Origin: Candidatus Kapaibacteriota bacterium
Lineage (GTDB): Bacteria > Bacteroidota > Ignavibacteria > Kapaibacteriales > UBA961
Direction of reading: 5' to 3'
Assembly (NCBI GenBank): GCA_049426725.1
Contig: JBMSYN010000007.1
Location: 2,291-66,290 of the forward strand
DNA: 64,000 nucleotides
This document shows, piece after piece, positions 19,257 through 29,867 of this stretch. The notes below the pieces were generated by a model. The model saw only the letters and a program-made list of their open reading frames with translations. It had not been told where the DNA came from and searched no databases. Within the stretch, counting starts at the first letter, position 1, and the number at the start of each line of letters is the position of its first letter. The translations under genes and the position numbers were made by a program.

Positions 19257-19802
19257 ATGAATATAGTATTCAGATCGATTATCGCCATTTTCATTGGCAT
19301 GATCACATTGTCATCATGCACAACAAATACTGAGCCCTCAGGTTCGGCAACACAATTGACATTATCCGAAATAAGCAATAATGCCGGGTATGCTTGGTTT
19401 GATGCTGAGAAGACACTATATGTACCGGATGATTCAAAAGTTCGTAATATCAGTGAAAGCTTTAAAAGCAAGAATCAAAAGATTTACTTTTTCGTAAATC
19501 CTTCTTGTTCTTGCGAAGGAACAAAAAAGACATTCCCTCATGCTATTCGCATTTTGAAGGATGCGGGAGTTCCCGATGATCGCATAGTGATTTATTCCAT
19601 GAAATCTCATACTGATTCACATCCATTGATGGATAAATTTACATTGCGCGGTCTTCCCTCCATTTTCATCACAGTCAATGACAATCTAAAATGTAAGATG
19701 GAAGTTATTGATGGTAAATTGCTTGTCACCGGAAATGGAAAAGTGGATGATAGCCCGGGTTCAAAACTAGAAGAAGTAATGGCAGAAGGTTTTAATTGGT
19801 AA
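19257..19802 (+). CDS. Lipoprotein of unknown function
   Basis: Start at ATG 19257 with AAGGAG 7 nt upstream. MNIVFRSIIAIFIGMITLSSC is a lipobox signal. It contains FFVNPSCSCEGTKK. No family recognised. Confidence 0.55.
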   Translation: MNIVFRSIIAIFIGMITLSSCTTNTEPSGSATQLTLSEISNNAGYAWFDAEKTLYVPDDSKVRNISESFKSKNQKIYFFVNPSCSCEGTKKTFPHAIRILKDAGVPDDRIVIYSMKSHTDSHPLMDKFTLRGLPSIFITVNDNLKCKMEVIDGKLLVTGNGKVDDSPGSKLEEVMAEGFNW

Positions 19803-19803
19803 T

Positions 19804-19834
19804 AAAAAAGCCGCTCACATGAGCGGTTTTTTTT
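19804..19834. terminator. Bidirectional rho-independent terminator between the convergent lipoprotein gene and gmd
   Basis: aaaaaag-ccgctc-acat-gagcgg-tttttttt. An A-run and a T-run flank a GC-rich stem. Confidence 0.75.
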
Positions 19835-20984
19835 ATCCTATATCTCTTGCTGATTGCTCTATCTTTTTTGCGAATGCATGTTTTGTCCAGTCAAATCCTT
19901 TTTGTAAAACTGCCGCATTCCCTTTCCCCGGCGCAGAAATCCCATTTGCTTCCATATCATGATCCATCATGATGTGCACCAATTCTTCGAATGTAATAAC
20001 AGGCTCCCATCCAAGTTGTTTTTTCGCTTTCGAGATATCAGCTTGTAATTTATCAACTTCTGTTGGACGAAAATATCTTGGGTCAACTTCAATGATGCAT
20101 TGTCCGGCTTTCACATTCATCAATGAATTGATTGCATATGCTTTTTCTTGTACACCAATTCCTTTCCATTCAATCTGGAGCCCGACATAAGCACATGCTG
20201 TGTCAATAAAATTACGAACTGAATGACATGTGCCTGTACCAACCACATAATCATCAGGTTTGTCTTGTTGAAGCATGAGCCACATCATTGCAACATATTC
20301 CGGTGCAAAGCCCCAATCTCTCAATGCATCAAGATTTCCTATATACAATGTTTGTTGTGTTCCTGACAATAATCCCGCGATCGCTCGAGTAATCTTGCGC
20401 GTCACGAATATTTCACCTCGTCTTGGACTTTCATGATTGAACAATATTCCATTGCATGCAAACATGTCATAGGCATTGCGATAATTGACTGTCATCCAAT
20501 AGGCATATAGTTTTGCTGCAGCATACGGACTTTGCGGCATGAAAGGCGTTGTTTCATGTTGGGGTGCAGGTGCAGAACCATAGAGTTCTGAAGATGATGC
20601 TTGATAAAACTTCGTATCGATTCCACTTCTACGAATTGCTTCGAGTATTCTCGTTGTCCCAAGTGCAGTGATGTCTCCTGTGTATTCCGGCATATCGAAT
20701 GATACGCGGACATGACTTTGCGCACCAAGATGATAAATTTCATGTGGAGCAATCGAATGCATGATTTCCGTCAAGATGCCGGGATCAGACAAATCGCCAT
20801 AATGCAAATGCAATCTAGCTCCATGTTCATGTGGATCAACATACATGTGATCGATGCGATGTGTATTGAATGTACTTGCTCGACGAATGATTCCATGCAC
20901 TTCATATCCTTTGCTCAAGAGATATTCAGCAAGATAAGATCCGTCTTGTCCGGTAATACCTGTGATTAATGCAATAGAACTCAT
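19833..20984 (-). CDS. gmd: GDP-mannose 4,6-dehydratase
   Basis: [46 protein letters not shown]...SSELYG...YAAAKLY are canonical Gmd motifs. ATG 20984 is preferred over the TTG at 21002. Confidence 0.9.
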   Translation of the reverse strand: MSSIALITGITGQDGSYLAEYLLSKGYEVHGIIRRASTFNTHRIDHMYVDPHEHGARLHLHYGDLSDPGILTEIMHSIAPHEIYHLGAQSHVRVSFDMPEYTGDITALGTTRILEAIRRSGIDTKFYQASSSELYGSAPAPQHETTPFMPQSPYAAAKLYAYWMTVNYRNAYDMFACNGILFNHESPRRGEIFVTRKITRAIAGLLSGTQQTLYIGNLDALRDWGFAPEYVAMMWLMLQQDKPDDYVVGTGTCHSVRNFIDTACAYVGLQIEWKGIGVQEKAYAINSLMNVKAGQCIIEVDPRYFRPTEVDKLQADISKAKKQLGWEPVITFEELVHIMMDHDMEANGISAPGKGNAAVLQKGFDWTKHAFAKKIEQSARDIG

Positions 20985-20994
20985 GGAATTACTC

Positions 20995-22440
20995 TCATTC
21001 AATTGGTTTGCGAATCATTCTGCACATAAAAAATCCATCACTTCCATGCTTGGCGGGATTCATCGAAAGCATTGCGGCATTTGGATCTTCAGAAAGCAAT
21101 GCATCAGACACTTCTTTGGGAAAAGCATTTCGTAGTGGATCAGGTGCAAAAGCATCATTCTCATTCAAAAAGCGCTTCACTATTTCTTCATTTTCTTCTT
21201 GCATCAAAGAACATGTGGCATATACGAGAACACCTCCGGGTTTCACATAAGCAGAAGCTTTGTTGAGAATCTCCAATTGTGTGCGCTGAATACTTTCTAC
21301 ATGTTTTTTCTTCAAGTTCCATTTGATATTCGGTGATCTACGAACTGTTCCCATGCCCGTGCAAGGTGCATCCACCAGTACCGCATCGCATGTTTGTGCA
21401 TATTGCATCAATGCGCTTTTTGCATGATTTTTCAAATGCATTGGTATGATGCGAATGGAAAAATATCCGGCGCGCTCTGCTCGATTACGAATTTCTCTCA
21501 TGCGACTATAATCAATGTCGGTGGAGAGAATCTCACCTTGATCATGCTGCAACATAGCCATGTGCAATGATTTACCACCGGCACCGGCACAATAATCCAG
21601 AATGCGCCAATGTTCTTCCGGGGAAACAGCCAAAGAAATCAATTGGCTTCCCTCATCTTGCACTTCGATAGCACCTGAAAGAAACAAATCAAGATGCGTC
21701 AGTGGAATGCGTTCCGGCATGATGATGGCATAAGGAGAATATGCCCCGGCTTTGCATGGAATATGCTCCTCATGGAGAATGTCTAGCGCAAGAGGCCGAT
21801 CAATCATTTCCGCATTGATGCGGAGTCCAACAGGAGCAACAGTATGAAGTGAAATGCACAAATCAGCTATGTCTTTGCATAATGTACCTTGCTCATGCCA
21901 ATGCTGGACAATCCATAATGGCATCGCGCAATACAGCGAAAAAATCAATGCATCTTCATCATCTGATATATCATCTTTCTTAATGATCTCTTGAGATTGT
22001 TCACGGATCTTTTCAAATGCTTTCCATACTTCTAACTTCCAAAGTTCTGCTGATTCTTCGGTCAAGCCCATTTTTTCTATGATCGATAACATTACTCCTT
22101 CATTGGCATCTCTCACGCCGAAGAAGGGATGCAGATAATGATCGATGGGGAATGAGCGCAATATTGGACCAATCATGCAGTGAGTAATCATCACATCATA
22201 AGGATAACCCTGCTCAAGTTCTATCGAAACAATTTCATTCGCCTTTTTTGCACAATATTCAATCAATGTGGCAACACGAAGTGAAGAGAAGAGCAATTCA
22301 GAAATGAATTTTCTGTCTTTGCTTCCTATATATTTTCTGCTGCGGAAATAATCTGATGCAATGTCTTCACCTGTTCTATGAGATTTTCGTAGAATGTGAT
22401 ACAATTGGGCGCTATGTCCGATCAATGATGTGAATTGCAT
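20995..22440 (-). CDS. rsmB: 16S rRNA (cytosine-C5)-methyltransferase RsmB/Sun family
   Basis: N-terminal NusB-like region. SAM-methyltransferase motifs [16 protein letters not shown] and [17 protein letters not shown]...YATCS. Confidence 0.8.
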   Translation of the reverse strand: MQFTSLIGHSAQLYHILRKSHRTGEDIASDYFRSRKYIGSKDRKFISELLFSSLRVATLIEYCAKKANEIVSIELEQGYPYDVMITHCMIGPILRSFPIDHYLHPFFGVRDANEGVMLSIIEKMGLTEESAELWKLEVWKAFEKIREQSQEIIKKDDISDDEDALIFSLYCAMPLWIVQHWHEQGTLCKDIADLCISLHTVAPVGLRINAEMIDRPLALDILHEEHIPCKAGAYSPYAIIMPERIPLTHLDLFLSGAIEVQDEGSQLISLAVSPEEHWRILDYCAGAGGKSLHMAMLQHDQGEILSTDIDYSRMREIRNRAERAGYFSIRIIPMHLKNHAKSALMQYAQTCDAVLVDAPCTGMGTVRRSPNIKWNLKKKHVESIQRTQLEILNKASAYVKPGGVLVYATCSLMQEENEEIVKRFLNENDAFAPDPLRNAFPKEVSDALLSEDPNAAMLSMNPAKHGSDGFFMCRMIRKPIE

Positions 22441-22442
22441 GA

Positions 22443-23006
22443 TTATGTTTCAGAAAGTTCTTCTTCGATGACACTGACTGCTTTTGCCAAAGTGACATCC
22501 AGTTTATCATTGATGATGATGTGATCAAAATGTCGCATATATTCCATTTCCATGGCAGCGCGACTTAATCTTTGCGCGATTTGTTCTTCGCTTTCGGTCA
22601 TTCTGCTTCTCAAACGATCTGCAAGCACGGATAAATCAGGAGGTGCAATATAGATGAGCAAGGATTCATTTGGATATGCATTTCGAAGAGATACCGCTCC
22701 TTTTACATCAACATCAAACAAAACAAGTGCTTGTTCTTGAATTCGTTGATCAGTTTGGGAACGCAATGTTCCATAGAGATTTCCGAAGATCTCTTCAAAT
22801 TCAATGAGATTTCCATTTTCAATATTCTGTAGAAAATCTTCTCTTGTCAAGAAAAAATAATCCTTGCCATGCTGTTCACCTGAACGCATGGGTCTTGTAG
22901 TAGCCGATACTGAAAATGCGCATTGCGGAAAATGTTGAAGAAGATGTCTTGCAACAGTTGTTTTTCCTGCGCCACTCGGGGCTGACAATACGATGAGATT
23001 CTTCAT
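22443..23006 (-). CDS. gmk: Guanylate kinase
   Basis: LIVLSAPSGAGKTTVARHLL...SATTRPMRSGEQHGKDYFF. Confidence 0.9.
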   Translation of the reverse strand: MKNLIVLSAPSGAGKTTVARHLLQHFPQCAFSVSATTRPMRSGEQHGKDYFFLTREDFLQNIENGNLIEFEEIFGNLYGTLRSQTDQRIQEQALVLFDVDVKGAVSLRNAYPNESLLIYIAPPDLSVLADRLRSRMTESEEQIAQRLSRAAMEMEYMRHFDHIIINDKLDVTLAKAVSVIEEELSET

Positions 23007-23013
23007 GAAGTGA

Positions 23014-23889
23014 TTATTCGATGTTTTGTGCTTGTTCTCGGATGCGTTCCAATTCTTCTTTCATGCCTACAACAGTGCGTGCAATATCTGCATCATTTGC
23101 TTTTGAACCAATGGTATTGATTTCACGATTCAATTCTTGGGTCAAAAAATTGAGTTTTCTACCAATTGGTTCCGGATCATTAAGTAATTCTCTGAAATAC
23201 TTGATATGACTTCTCAACCGAACGCTTTCTTCTGATACATCAAGTTTATCGGCAAGTATGATGATTTCTTGATTCATGCGATGTTCTTCAATTTCATCAT
23301 TGTCCAAAAGCAGTGCCAATTTCTGACGTAGTCTTTCGCGTTCTTCTGGAATGCGAGTCTTTGATCGTTCTTCAACATAGACCAATGACAGTTCAATTGT
23401 ATTGATGCGCATGAGCATGTCTTGAGATAGCTCATTGCCTTCATTTGTTCTTGCAATGTCTAGTGATTTCAATGCTTGACTTAATGCTTCTCGAACAACA
23501 TTCCACTGCAATTCTGCAATATCGTCTTTCTCTGATTCAATGAAATGTTGTGAAAAAGACAAGACCTGATTCAGATTCACCGGCTCATCATAGTTCAATT
23601 CTTGTTGTAATTGATTCAACATTTCATGAATTGCTTTTGCTTTGGCAAGATTGATTCCGGGAATTTTTGCTTCGCCTTCGGCATATTCAACTTGCACATT
23701 CACAAAAACAGAACCACGATTCAATCCTTTTCGGAGCATGTCGCGCACTTCTATTTCTTTGCTCGACAATGTTCTGGGTAATTTTATGGATGGTTCAAGA
23801 TAGCGTCCATTCACACTTTTTATTTCAACGATGGCATTGATGCCATGATTGTTGATTTCAGACTTGGCAAAGCCGGTCATGCTTTTCAT
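23014..23889 (-). CDS. yicC: YicC family stress-induced protein (endoribonuclease YicC)
   Basis: MKSMTGFAKSE...EIKSVNGRYLE...EINTIGSKANDADIARTVVGMKEELERIREQAQNIE. Start at ATG 23889; the track start at 23913 is TTG. Confidence 0.85.
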   Translation of the reverse strand: MKSMTGFAKSEINNHGINAIVEIKSVNGRYLEPSIKLPRTLSSKEIEVRDMLRKGLNRGSVFVNVQVEYAEGEAKIPGINLAKAKAIHEMLNQLQQELNYDEPVNLNQVLSFSQHFIESEKDDIAELQWNVVREALSQALKSLDIARTNEGNELSQDMLMRINTIELSLVYVEERSKTRIPEERERLRQKLALLLDNDEIEEHRMNQEIIILADKLDVSEESVRLRSHIKYFRELLNDPEPIGRKLNFLTQELNREINTIGSKANDADIARTVVGMKEELERIREQAQNIE

Positions 23890-23966
23890 GAATTCATTCC
23901 ATGTTTTGGACAAAGATACAAAATAGCTATTGCTTGCATAGGTGCTTCAGTTTGCATACGATGTCA

Positions 23967-25064
23967 TCATGCAGATTTAACAGTAATCACATGAATGTCA
24001 TCACCGCTTTTTAGCACTCCTTTGCAATGCAATGTGTATGCATCTGCAAGTGTTTGTGCTGTATAATTTCCTCCGGCTTTTTTCCCTTGTCCAATCATGA
24101 TTGGAGCAATGAATAGGTGCAATTCATCGAGCAAAGATTGTTCCATGAGTTCTTGCATCAAAATGCCGCCTCCTTCCGCCAAGATTGAGCCAATGCCATA
24201 TTCTCTACCGAGTGTCATAAAGAGAGATGGCAGATCAATATGTTGATGTTTGCCGATAGCACAGGATATGGTTCTCACACCTAAAGTTTGCAAATGCATG
24301 ATTCGTTCATGTTGATTGTGATTCTCACCATGACAATACAGTGTAAGACCACGAAACTCATCATTGAATACTTTTAGACTAAGTGGAAGTGAACATTGCG
24401 TATCAAGTATGATGCGCATTGGATTTCTACCGGGCATGGAATGAATGGTAAGACTTGGATCATCTACTTCAGCTGTTCCACGACCAATCATCACCGCATC
24501 AAATTCACTGCGCATGCGATGAACTTCATGTCTGCTTTCTTCGCATGTGATCCATTGTGATTCACCTAAAGCAGTGGCAATGCAGCCATCAAGGGATTGC
24601 GCAATTTTTCCGACGATATATGGTAAGCCGGTGAGAATATGCTTGATGAATGTTCTATTCAACCAAAATGCTTCTTCTTGACATATTTGTTCAATCACTT
24701 CTATTCCGGCAGCACGAAGTTGCTCTATCCCTTTTCCTGCCACAAGAGGATTTGGATCTTGCATTCCAATCACTACTGTGTTAATCCCTTTTTGTATCAG
24801 CAGCGGGGCACAAGGAGGTGTTTTGCCGGTATGTGCACATGGTTCGAGATTTACATAGGCAATTGCACCGGCAGGATCTTCCGTGCATCGATTCAGCGCA
24901 TCAACCTCTGCATGAGGTCCACCAAATTCTCTATGCCAACCCTCGCCAATGATGCGACCGTCCTTCACGATGGTACAACCAACGCGAGGATTCGGATTCA
25001 CCTTGCCAGTCCCTCGCAATGCGAGTCTTAGCGTGTGTTCCATGAATGCTTCATGACTTTGCAT
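23967..25064 (-). CDS. ribD: Bifunctional riboflavin biosynthesis deaminase/reductase RibD
   Basis: HAEVDAL...EPCAHTGKTPPC deaminase zinc motif plus a C-terminal reductase domain. Start at ATG 25064. Confidence 0.9.
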   Translation of the reverse strand: MQSHEAFMEHTLRLALRGTGKVNPNPRVGCTIVKDGRIIGEGWHREFGGPHAEVDALNRCTEDPAGAIAYVNLEPCAHTGKTPPCAPLLIQKGINTVVIGMQDPNPLVAGKGIEQLRAAGIEVIEQICQEEAFWLNRTFIKHILTGLPYIVGKIAQSLDGCIATALGESQWITCEESRHEVHRMRSEFDAVMIGRGTAEVDDPSLTIHSMPGRNPMRIILDTQCSLPLSLKVFNDEFRGLTLYCHGENHNQHERIMHLQTLGVRTISCAIGKHQHIDLPSLFMTLGREYGIGSILAEGGGILMQELMEQSLLDELHLFIAPIMIGQGKKAGGNYTAQTLADAYTLHCKGVLKSGDDIHVITVKSA

Positions 25065-25132
25065 CAAACATCACTTGAAAAAAGAAAGGGTAAAATTGTG
25101 AATGAGTTAAACATGAATCACATGCTTCATAG

Positions 25133-25157
25133 AAAAAAAGCCCTCCGAGAGGAGAGC
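25133..25157 (-). terminator. Rho-independent terminator after rpsD
   Basis: Minus-strand RNA: gcucucc-ucuc-ggagggc followed by UUUUUUU. Confidence 0.7.
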
Positions 25158-25179
25158 TTTTATTCTGCTGTATGGCTCA

Positions 25180-25794
25180 TCAGCGAGAGTAAAACTCGAT
25201 GACGAGTGGAATTTCACAAACAACCGGTACTTCCTCACGAGCAGGAAGATGAAGGAATTTGACAGAGAAATCTGCTTTTGACAAATTCAAATATACCGGA
25301 GGAGCAGCCGTTCTGATGGCTTCTTGAAATGCTTCCATTTTGCGACTTTTCTCACGAACTGAAACAATGTCATTAACCTTCACTTGATATGAAGCGATAT
25401 TGACAGGCTTGCCATTAACGAGAAAATGTCCATGATTTACATATTGACGAGCAGCAGCCATGGAGCGAGCAAGACCTGAACGGAACACAACCGCATCAAG
25501 GCGTGTCTCGAGCATCTGAAGAAGGATGTCTCCGGTATTACCGGTTAAGTGAGATGCCTTCTTGAAATAATTGGTCATTTGACGCTCATGGATATTATAC
25601 TGCAAACGGAGCTTTTGTTTTTCAAAAAGCTGTGTACCGTAAACAGATAATTTGCCACGACGCTTTGTTGATCCGTGTTGGCCCGGAGGGCTCTTTCTGC
25701 CGGCTTTGTCGCTCGACATGATTTTGCCGGCTTTTGCCGTCATCGGAACACCGATTTTTCTGGAGTTCCGTACCTTAGGTCCGGTATAATTCAT
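25180..25794 (-). CDS. rpsD: 30S ribosomal protein S4 (located outside the alpha operon)
   Basis: MNYTGPKVRNSRKIGV...YGTQLFEKQKLRLQYNIHERQ...LETRLDAVVFRSGLA...HGHFLVNGKPVNIASYQV. Start at ATG 25794 with AAGGAG at 25799-25804. Confidence 0.95.
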   Translation of the reverse strand: MNYTGPKVRNSRKIGVPMTAKAGKIMSSDKAGRKSPPGQHGSTKRRGKLSVYGTQLFEKQKLRLQYNIHERQMTNYFKKASHLTGNTGDILLQMLETRLDAVVFRSGLARSMAAARQYVNHGHFLVNGKPVNIASYQVKVNDIVSVREKSRKMEAFQEAIRTAAPPVYLNLSKADFSVKFLHLPAREEVPVVCEIPLVIEFYSR

Positions 25795-25906
25795 AGTACT
25801 CCTTGTACCACGCAGCGGGAGGGATAATGCTCCCACGCAATATTGATGAAAAACGCCATGAAGATATCACTTGGATAATCATGGTTAGTACATGTTGAAA
25901 GGGCTT

Positions 25907-25937
25907 CAAAAATAGGAGTTTTTTTGCGAACATTCAA
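25907..25937 (-). promoter_or_regulatory. Candidate promoter of monocistronic rpsD (TTG-N20-TAttTTTG)
   Basis: Minus-strand reading TTGaatgttcgcaaaaaaactccTATTTTTG, about 110 nt upstream of the rpsD ATG. Confidence 0.45.
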
Positions 25938-25943
25938 GGAGTT

Positions 25944-26417
25944 TTATGACTTTGCATGCTCTTTGAGCCAGGTTTTCACTTCATCAACATGACCGGGTAC
26001 TTTGACCTTTGGATAGATATTTCGGATTTTTCCATCCGGATCAATGATGAAAGTTGTGCGTTCCACACCCATATATGATCGCCCATACATTGATTTTTGC
26101 ACCCAAACGCCATATTTCTCACAAATTGACTTGTCTTCATCTGCAATGAGACTGAAATTCAAGTCATGATCTTTGATGAATTTTTGATGGGATTTCACGC
26201 TATCAGGGCTTATACCCACAACTGCTACACCCAATTTGGCGAGAGTTTTCATGGAATCCCTGAAATCGCATGCCTGTTTTGTGCAACCACTTGTATTGTC
26301 TTTTGGATAGAAATACAGAATCACCCAAGATCCCTTGAGATCTTTCAAAGCGATGGATTCATTGTTTTGATCAACTCCTTTGAATGCCGGAGCCGCTGCT
26401 TGTAATTTTACGGGCAT
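25944..26417 (-). CDS. bcp: Thioredoxin-dependent thiol peroxidase (peroxiredoxin Bcp)
   Basis: VILYFYPKDNTSGCTKQACDFRD...FSLIADEDK. Confidence 0.9.
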   Translation of the reverse strand: MPVKLQAAAPAFKGVDQNNESIALKDLKGSWVILYFYPKDNTSGCTKQACDFRDSMKTLAKLGVAVVGISPDSVKSHQKFIKDHDLNFSLIADEDKSICEKYGVWVQKSMYGRSYMGVERTTFIIDPDGKIRNIYPKVKVPGHVDEVKTWLKEHAKS

Positions 26418-26657
26418 GTTTGTCCTCTATGTAATGAACAAAGTTGATTGAAAATCTTTTTTATTGAGCAACTGACCACAGTAAAGAACTTCATGCAAAA
26501 ATAAGTTCCGTTTCCAGAAGAGACATCACATAAATTTCCCCATGGACTCACTGCATTTTCATCATGTACCAATCATGAATGATCAGGAACATTGATGAGG
26601 ATTTCGTATCTTCGCATCACTGTTCTTCCCCCTCATTTTTGTACGCATTCAATCCTC

Positions 26658-28148
26658 ATGAACAATCTTCGGGATCTCGACAAACCCAATTGCAATTGCG
26701 GCATCGTTGGCATTTTCAATCATCCGCAAGCTTCCGTCATGGCATATTATGCATTGCATGCACTGCAGCATCGCGGTCAGGAAGCTGCAGGAATCGTTGC
26801 CGGTGCATCGAATGGCAATGGAATGAAGTTCACTTCTCACAAAGGCGAAGGTCTTGTATTGGATGTGTTTTCAGCACCAAACATATTGACTGAAAAGTTG
26901 GCAGGTACAACTGCAATTGCTCATAATAGATATTCCACAACGGGTAGTGGCGGTATTGCAAATGTTCAGCCATTTTTAACCAAATATCGTTCAGGGACGA
27001 TTGCCGTAGCTCACAATGGAAATTTGACAAATACAAAAGCATTGCGAAATCAATTGCAAGAGGAAGGTGCGATTTTTCAAACCACCACAGACAGCGAATT
27101 ATTTTTGCATTTGATTGCTCGTAGCAAACATGAAGCACAATTGGATCAAATTCGTGAAGCATTGCGCATTGCACGTGGTGCATATTCACTTGTGATCATG
27201 ACAAATGATGCACTCGTAGCAGCAAGAGATCCCTATGGTTTCAGACCGCTCTGCATCGGTAGAAAAAAAGTTGGCGATGAGTGGTCTTATGTTGTTGTTT
27301 CAGAAACCTGCGCATTGGATATCATCAGTGCAGAATATGTTCGCGACATTCAGCATAATGAAATCGTGGTGATTGATGATGACACAGTCAAGACCGGGAA
27401 TATCAAAAGTTATCGAATCGATGATGAAACCCCATGTTCGAAACATTGTATTTTTGAGTATATCTATTTTTCCAGACCCGATTCGAAAATTTTCGGACAC
27501 AATGTTGACAAAGTTCGCAGACAACTTGGGAAAAATCTCGCGGAAGAAAGTCCTGTTTCTACTGATGATGATAAAAAGGTTGTTGTGATTGCAGTTCCCG
27601 ATAGTGGCAATACAGCAACACTGGGATATGCTGCCATCAATAATGAACTTGGAAATGCCTCCTCTTATGAAATTGGTTTGATACGCTCTCATTATGTAGG
27701 AAGGACATTCATTGCTCCCGGACAAAACAATCGGGAATTCAAGGTAAAAACAAAATTCAATACAGTGAAAGGTGTATTGGAAGGCAAAAAAGTTGTGGTA
27801 GTTGATGATTCTGTTGTTCGTGGAACAACTTCTCGCTCACTCATCAATTTGATTCGTGAGGCAAAGCCAAAAGAAGTCCACATGCGTATCACCTCACCAC
27901 CAATCACACATCCTTGTCAATATGGGATGGACTTCCCCAGCAGAGAAGAATTGATTGCAAATCATCATGATGCAATTGAAGGAATTGCATCTTCATTGAA
28001 TGCTGATTCCTTGCATTATCTCTCCGTTGAGAAACTCATGCAATCTGTTCCGCAAGAAGATGGAATCGGTTATTGCAATGCCTGCTTCACCGGAGATTAT
28101 CCGGTACAAATCGATTTGAATGCCCACAAACTTTCCACCGAAGAATGA
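26658..28148 (+). CDS. purF: Amidophosphoribosyltransferase
   Basis: Short propeptide and then CGIVGIF (N-terminal nucleophile Cys). PRPP loop VVVVDDSVVRGTTS. Fe-S Cys motifs CQYGMDFP and CNACFTG. Start at ATG 26658. Confidence 0.9.
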   Translation: MNNLRDLDKPNCNCGIVGIFNHPQASVMAYYALHALQHRGQEAAGIVAGASNGNGMKFTSHKGEGLVLDVFSAPNILTEKLAGTTAIAHNRYSTTGSGGIANVQPFLTKYRSGTIAVAHNGNLTNTKALRNQLQEEGAIFQTTTDSELFLHLIARSKHEAQLDQIREALRIARGAYSLVIMTNDALVAARDPYGFRPLCIGRKKVGDEWSYVVVSETCALDIISAEYVRDIQHNEIVVIDDDTVKTGNIKSYRIDDETPCSKHCIFEYIYFSRPDSKIFGHNVDKVRRQLGKNLAEESPVSTDDDKKVVVIAVPDSGNTATLGYAAINNELGNASSYEIGLIRSHYVGRTFIAPGQNNREFKVKTKFNTVKGVLEGKKVVVVDDSVVRGTTSRSLINLIREAKPKEVHMRITSPPITHPCQYGMDFPSREELIANHHDAIEGIASSLNADSLHYLSVEKLMQSVPQEDGIGYCNACFTGDYPVQIDLNAHKLSTEE

Positions 28149-28489
28149 GTAAAACATTTTCATCTCTTCAAGACTTGGCAAAACTATTGCCGGAAGATGC
28201 CATCAAAAAAGATGAACATATCATCGAAAAGAAAAAAGGATATGATGGATCGCAACAGCGTATAGACATTCGACTCGACAAAAAAGGCAGAGGCGGAAAG
28301 ATGGTGACTGTCCTCTCGGGATTTCAATCTAATCCAAAAGAACTCGACTCATTATGTCAAACATTCAAAAAACTCTGTGGTACCGGCGGAACAGTCCGCG
28401 ATAATCTTATTGAAATTCAAGGCGATCATCGAAAGAAATTGGAACAATCACTCATCGAACGCGGCTACAAAACACGAATGATTGGATAA
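28145..28489 (+). CDS. yciH: Translation initiation factor SUI1/YciH family
   Basis: RIDIRLDKKGRGGKMVTVLSGF...LCQTFKKLCGTGGTVRDNLIEIQGDHRKKL. The ATG overlaps the purF stop (ATGA at 28145-28148). Confidence 0.85.
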   Translation: MSKTFSSLQDLAKLLPEDAIKKDEHIIEKKKGYDGSQQRIDIRLDKKGRGGKMVTVLSGFQSNPKELDSLCQTFKKLCGTGGTVRDNLIEIQGDHRKKLEQSLIERGYKTRMIG

Positions 28490-28493
28490 TTAT

Positions 28494-29867
28494 ATGTTCT
28501 CATCTGTAAAGCACATACATTTTGTTGGCATTGGTGGCATCGGCATGAGCGGTATTGCCGAGATTCTCATCAATCAAGGATTTTTGGTGAGTGGTTCTGA
28601 TTTGTCAGCATCTCAGAATACTGAATATCTGCAATCTATTGGAGCAACAATTCATATTGGGCATCATGAAGCTCACATTGACAATGCAGAGGTTGTCGTG
28701 TATTCAAGTGCTGTAAAACCAAATGAAAATCCTGAGACCATTGCAGCACAAGAACATGGCATTCCAATCATACGCAGAGCAGAAATGCTCGCAGAAATTT
28801 CTCGATTGAATTATACGCTTGCCATTGCCGGAACACATGGTAAAACTACGACAACATCTTTATGCGGTCTGGTTTTGATGAAAGGCGGAATAGATCCAAC
28901 CGTGATTGTGGGTGGACGATTGAATGGCTTGGGTGGAACCAATGCAAGGCTTGGCAAAGGTGAATGGACTGTAGTTGAAGCTGATGAATATGATCGATCA
29001 TTTTTGCAATTATTCCCAACAATTGCAATCATCAATAATATTGAAGCAGAGCATCTCGATATTTATGGGACTGCAGAAGAAGTACAAAAGGCATTCATTG
29101 AATTTACGAGCAAAGTACCTTTTTACGGCTTTGTCGCTGTTGGACTTGATGATGCGGGCATTCGTTTGATGCTACCACATATCAATAAGAAAGTAGTCAC
29201 ATTTGGTTTGTCTCGTCAATGCGACATACGAGCTATTGATATCACTCCTTTTGAACGCAGCACTGAGTTTACCGTGATTGCGCATGGTGAGAAACTTGGT
29301 CGAGTGCATCTTCATATTCCCGGCGAGTATAATGTTAAAAATGCTCTTGCTTCAATCACTGTCGGACTTCACCTTGGCATTCCATTTGAGACGATAGCTG
29401 AAGCATTGAAAGAATTCGGAGGCGTCTATCGTCGCTTTGAAATCAAAGGAATGAATGATGACATTTTGATTATCGATGATTATGCTCATCATCCAACCGA
29501 ACTTAAAAGCGCATTGGAAGCAGCACGATCTGGCTGGAAAGATAGAAGAATTGTTGCAGTGTTTCAACCGCATACATATACTCGGACAAGAGATTTCTAC
29601 AAAGAATTTGGTCTTTCATTTGATGATGCAGACATCGTGTTAATAACCGATGTATATGCTGCAAGAGAACAAAAGATTGAGGGCATTTCAGGGGAATTGA
29701 TTGCGCAAGCGGCGAAAAATTCGGGACATAGGCATGTACATTATGTGCCAAATCTTGCCGACATTGATTCAAAGGTGCGAGGATTGATGAAGAATGGTGA
29801 TTTGGTCATCACACTCGGTGCAGGTGATATCACCAAATTATCCGATAGATTATTAAGCGCCGAATAA
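28494..29867 (+). CDS. murC: UDP-N-acetylmuramate--L-alanine ligase
   Basis: IHFVGIGGIGMSGIAEIL...IAGTHGKTTTTS...DDYAHHPTE. Start at ATG 28494, 4 nt after the yciH stop; the track start at 28482 is TTG. Confidence 0.9.
   Translation: MFSSVKHIHFVGIGGIGMSGIAEILINQGFLVSGSDLSASQNTEYLQSIGATIHIGHHEAHIDNAEVVVYSSAVKPNENPETIAAQEHGIPIIRRAEMLAEISRLNYTLAIAGTHGKTTTTSLCGLVLMKGGIDPTVIVGGRLNGLGGTNARLGKGEWTVVEADEYDRSFLQLFPTIAIINNIEAEHLDIYGTAEEVQKAFIEFTSKVPFYGFVAVGLDDAGIRLMLPHINKKVVTFGLSRQCDIRAIDITPFERSTEFTVIAHGEKLGRVHLHIPGEYNVKNALASITVGLHLGIPFETIAEALKEFGGVYRRFEIKGMNDDILIIDDYAHHPTELKSALEAARSGWKDRRIVAVFQPHTYTRTRDFYKEFGLSFDDADIVLITDVYAAREQKIEGISGELIAQAAKNSGHRHVHYVPNLADIDSKVRGLMKNGDLVITLGAGDITKLSDRLLSAE

Noticed and set aside
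25065-25132. FMN riboswitch expected upstream of ribD.
   Set aside because: Only about 70 nt lie between the rpsD terminator and the ribD start. That is too short for an FMN element, and none of its conserved segments are visible.
26418-26657. Purine or ZTP riboswitch, or another leader element, upstream of purF.
   Set aside because: I could find no conserved riboswitch core sequence and no convincing stem-loops by eye. Only a near-miss -7 box (CAttTTTG) is present. An Rfam scan would be needed to exclude one.
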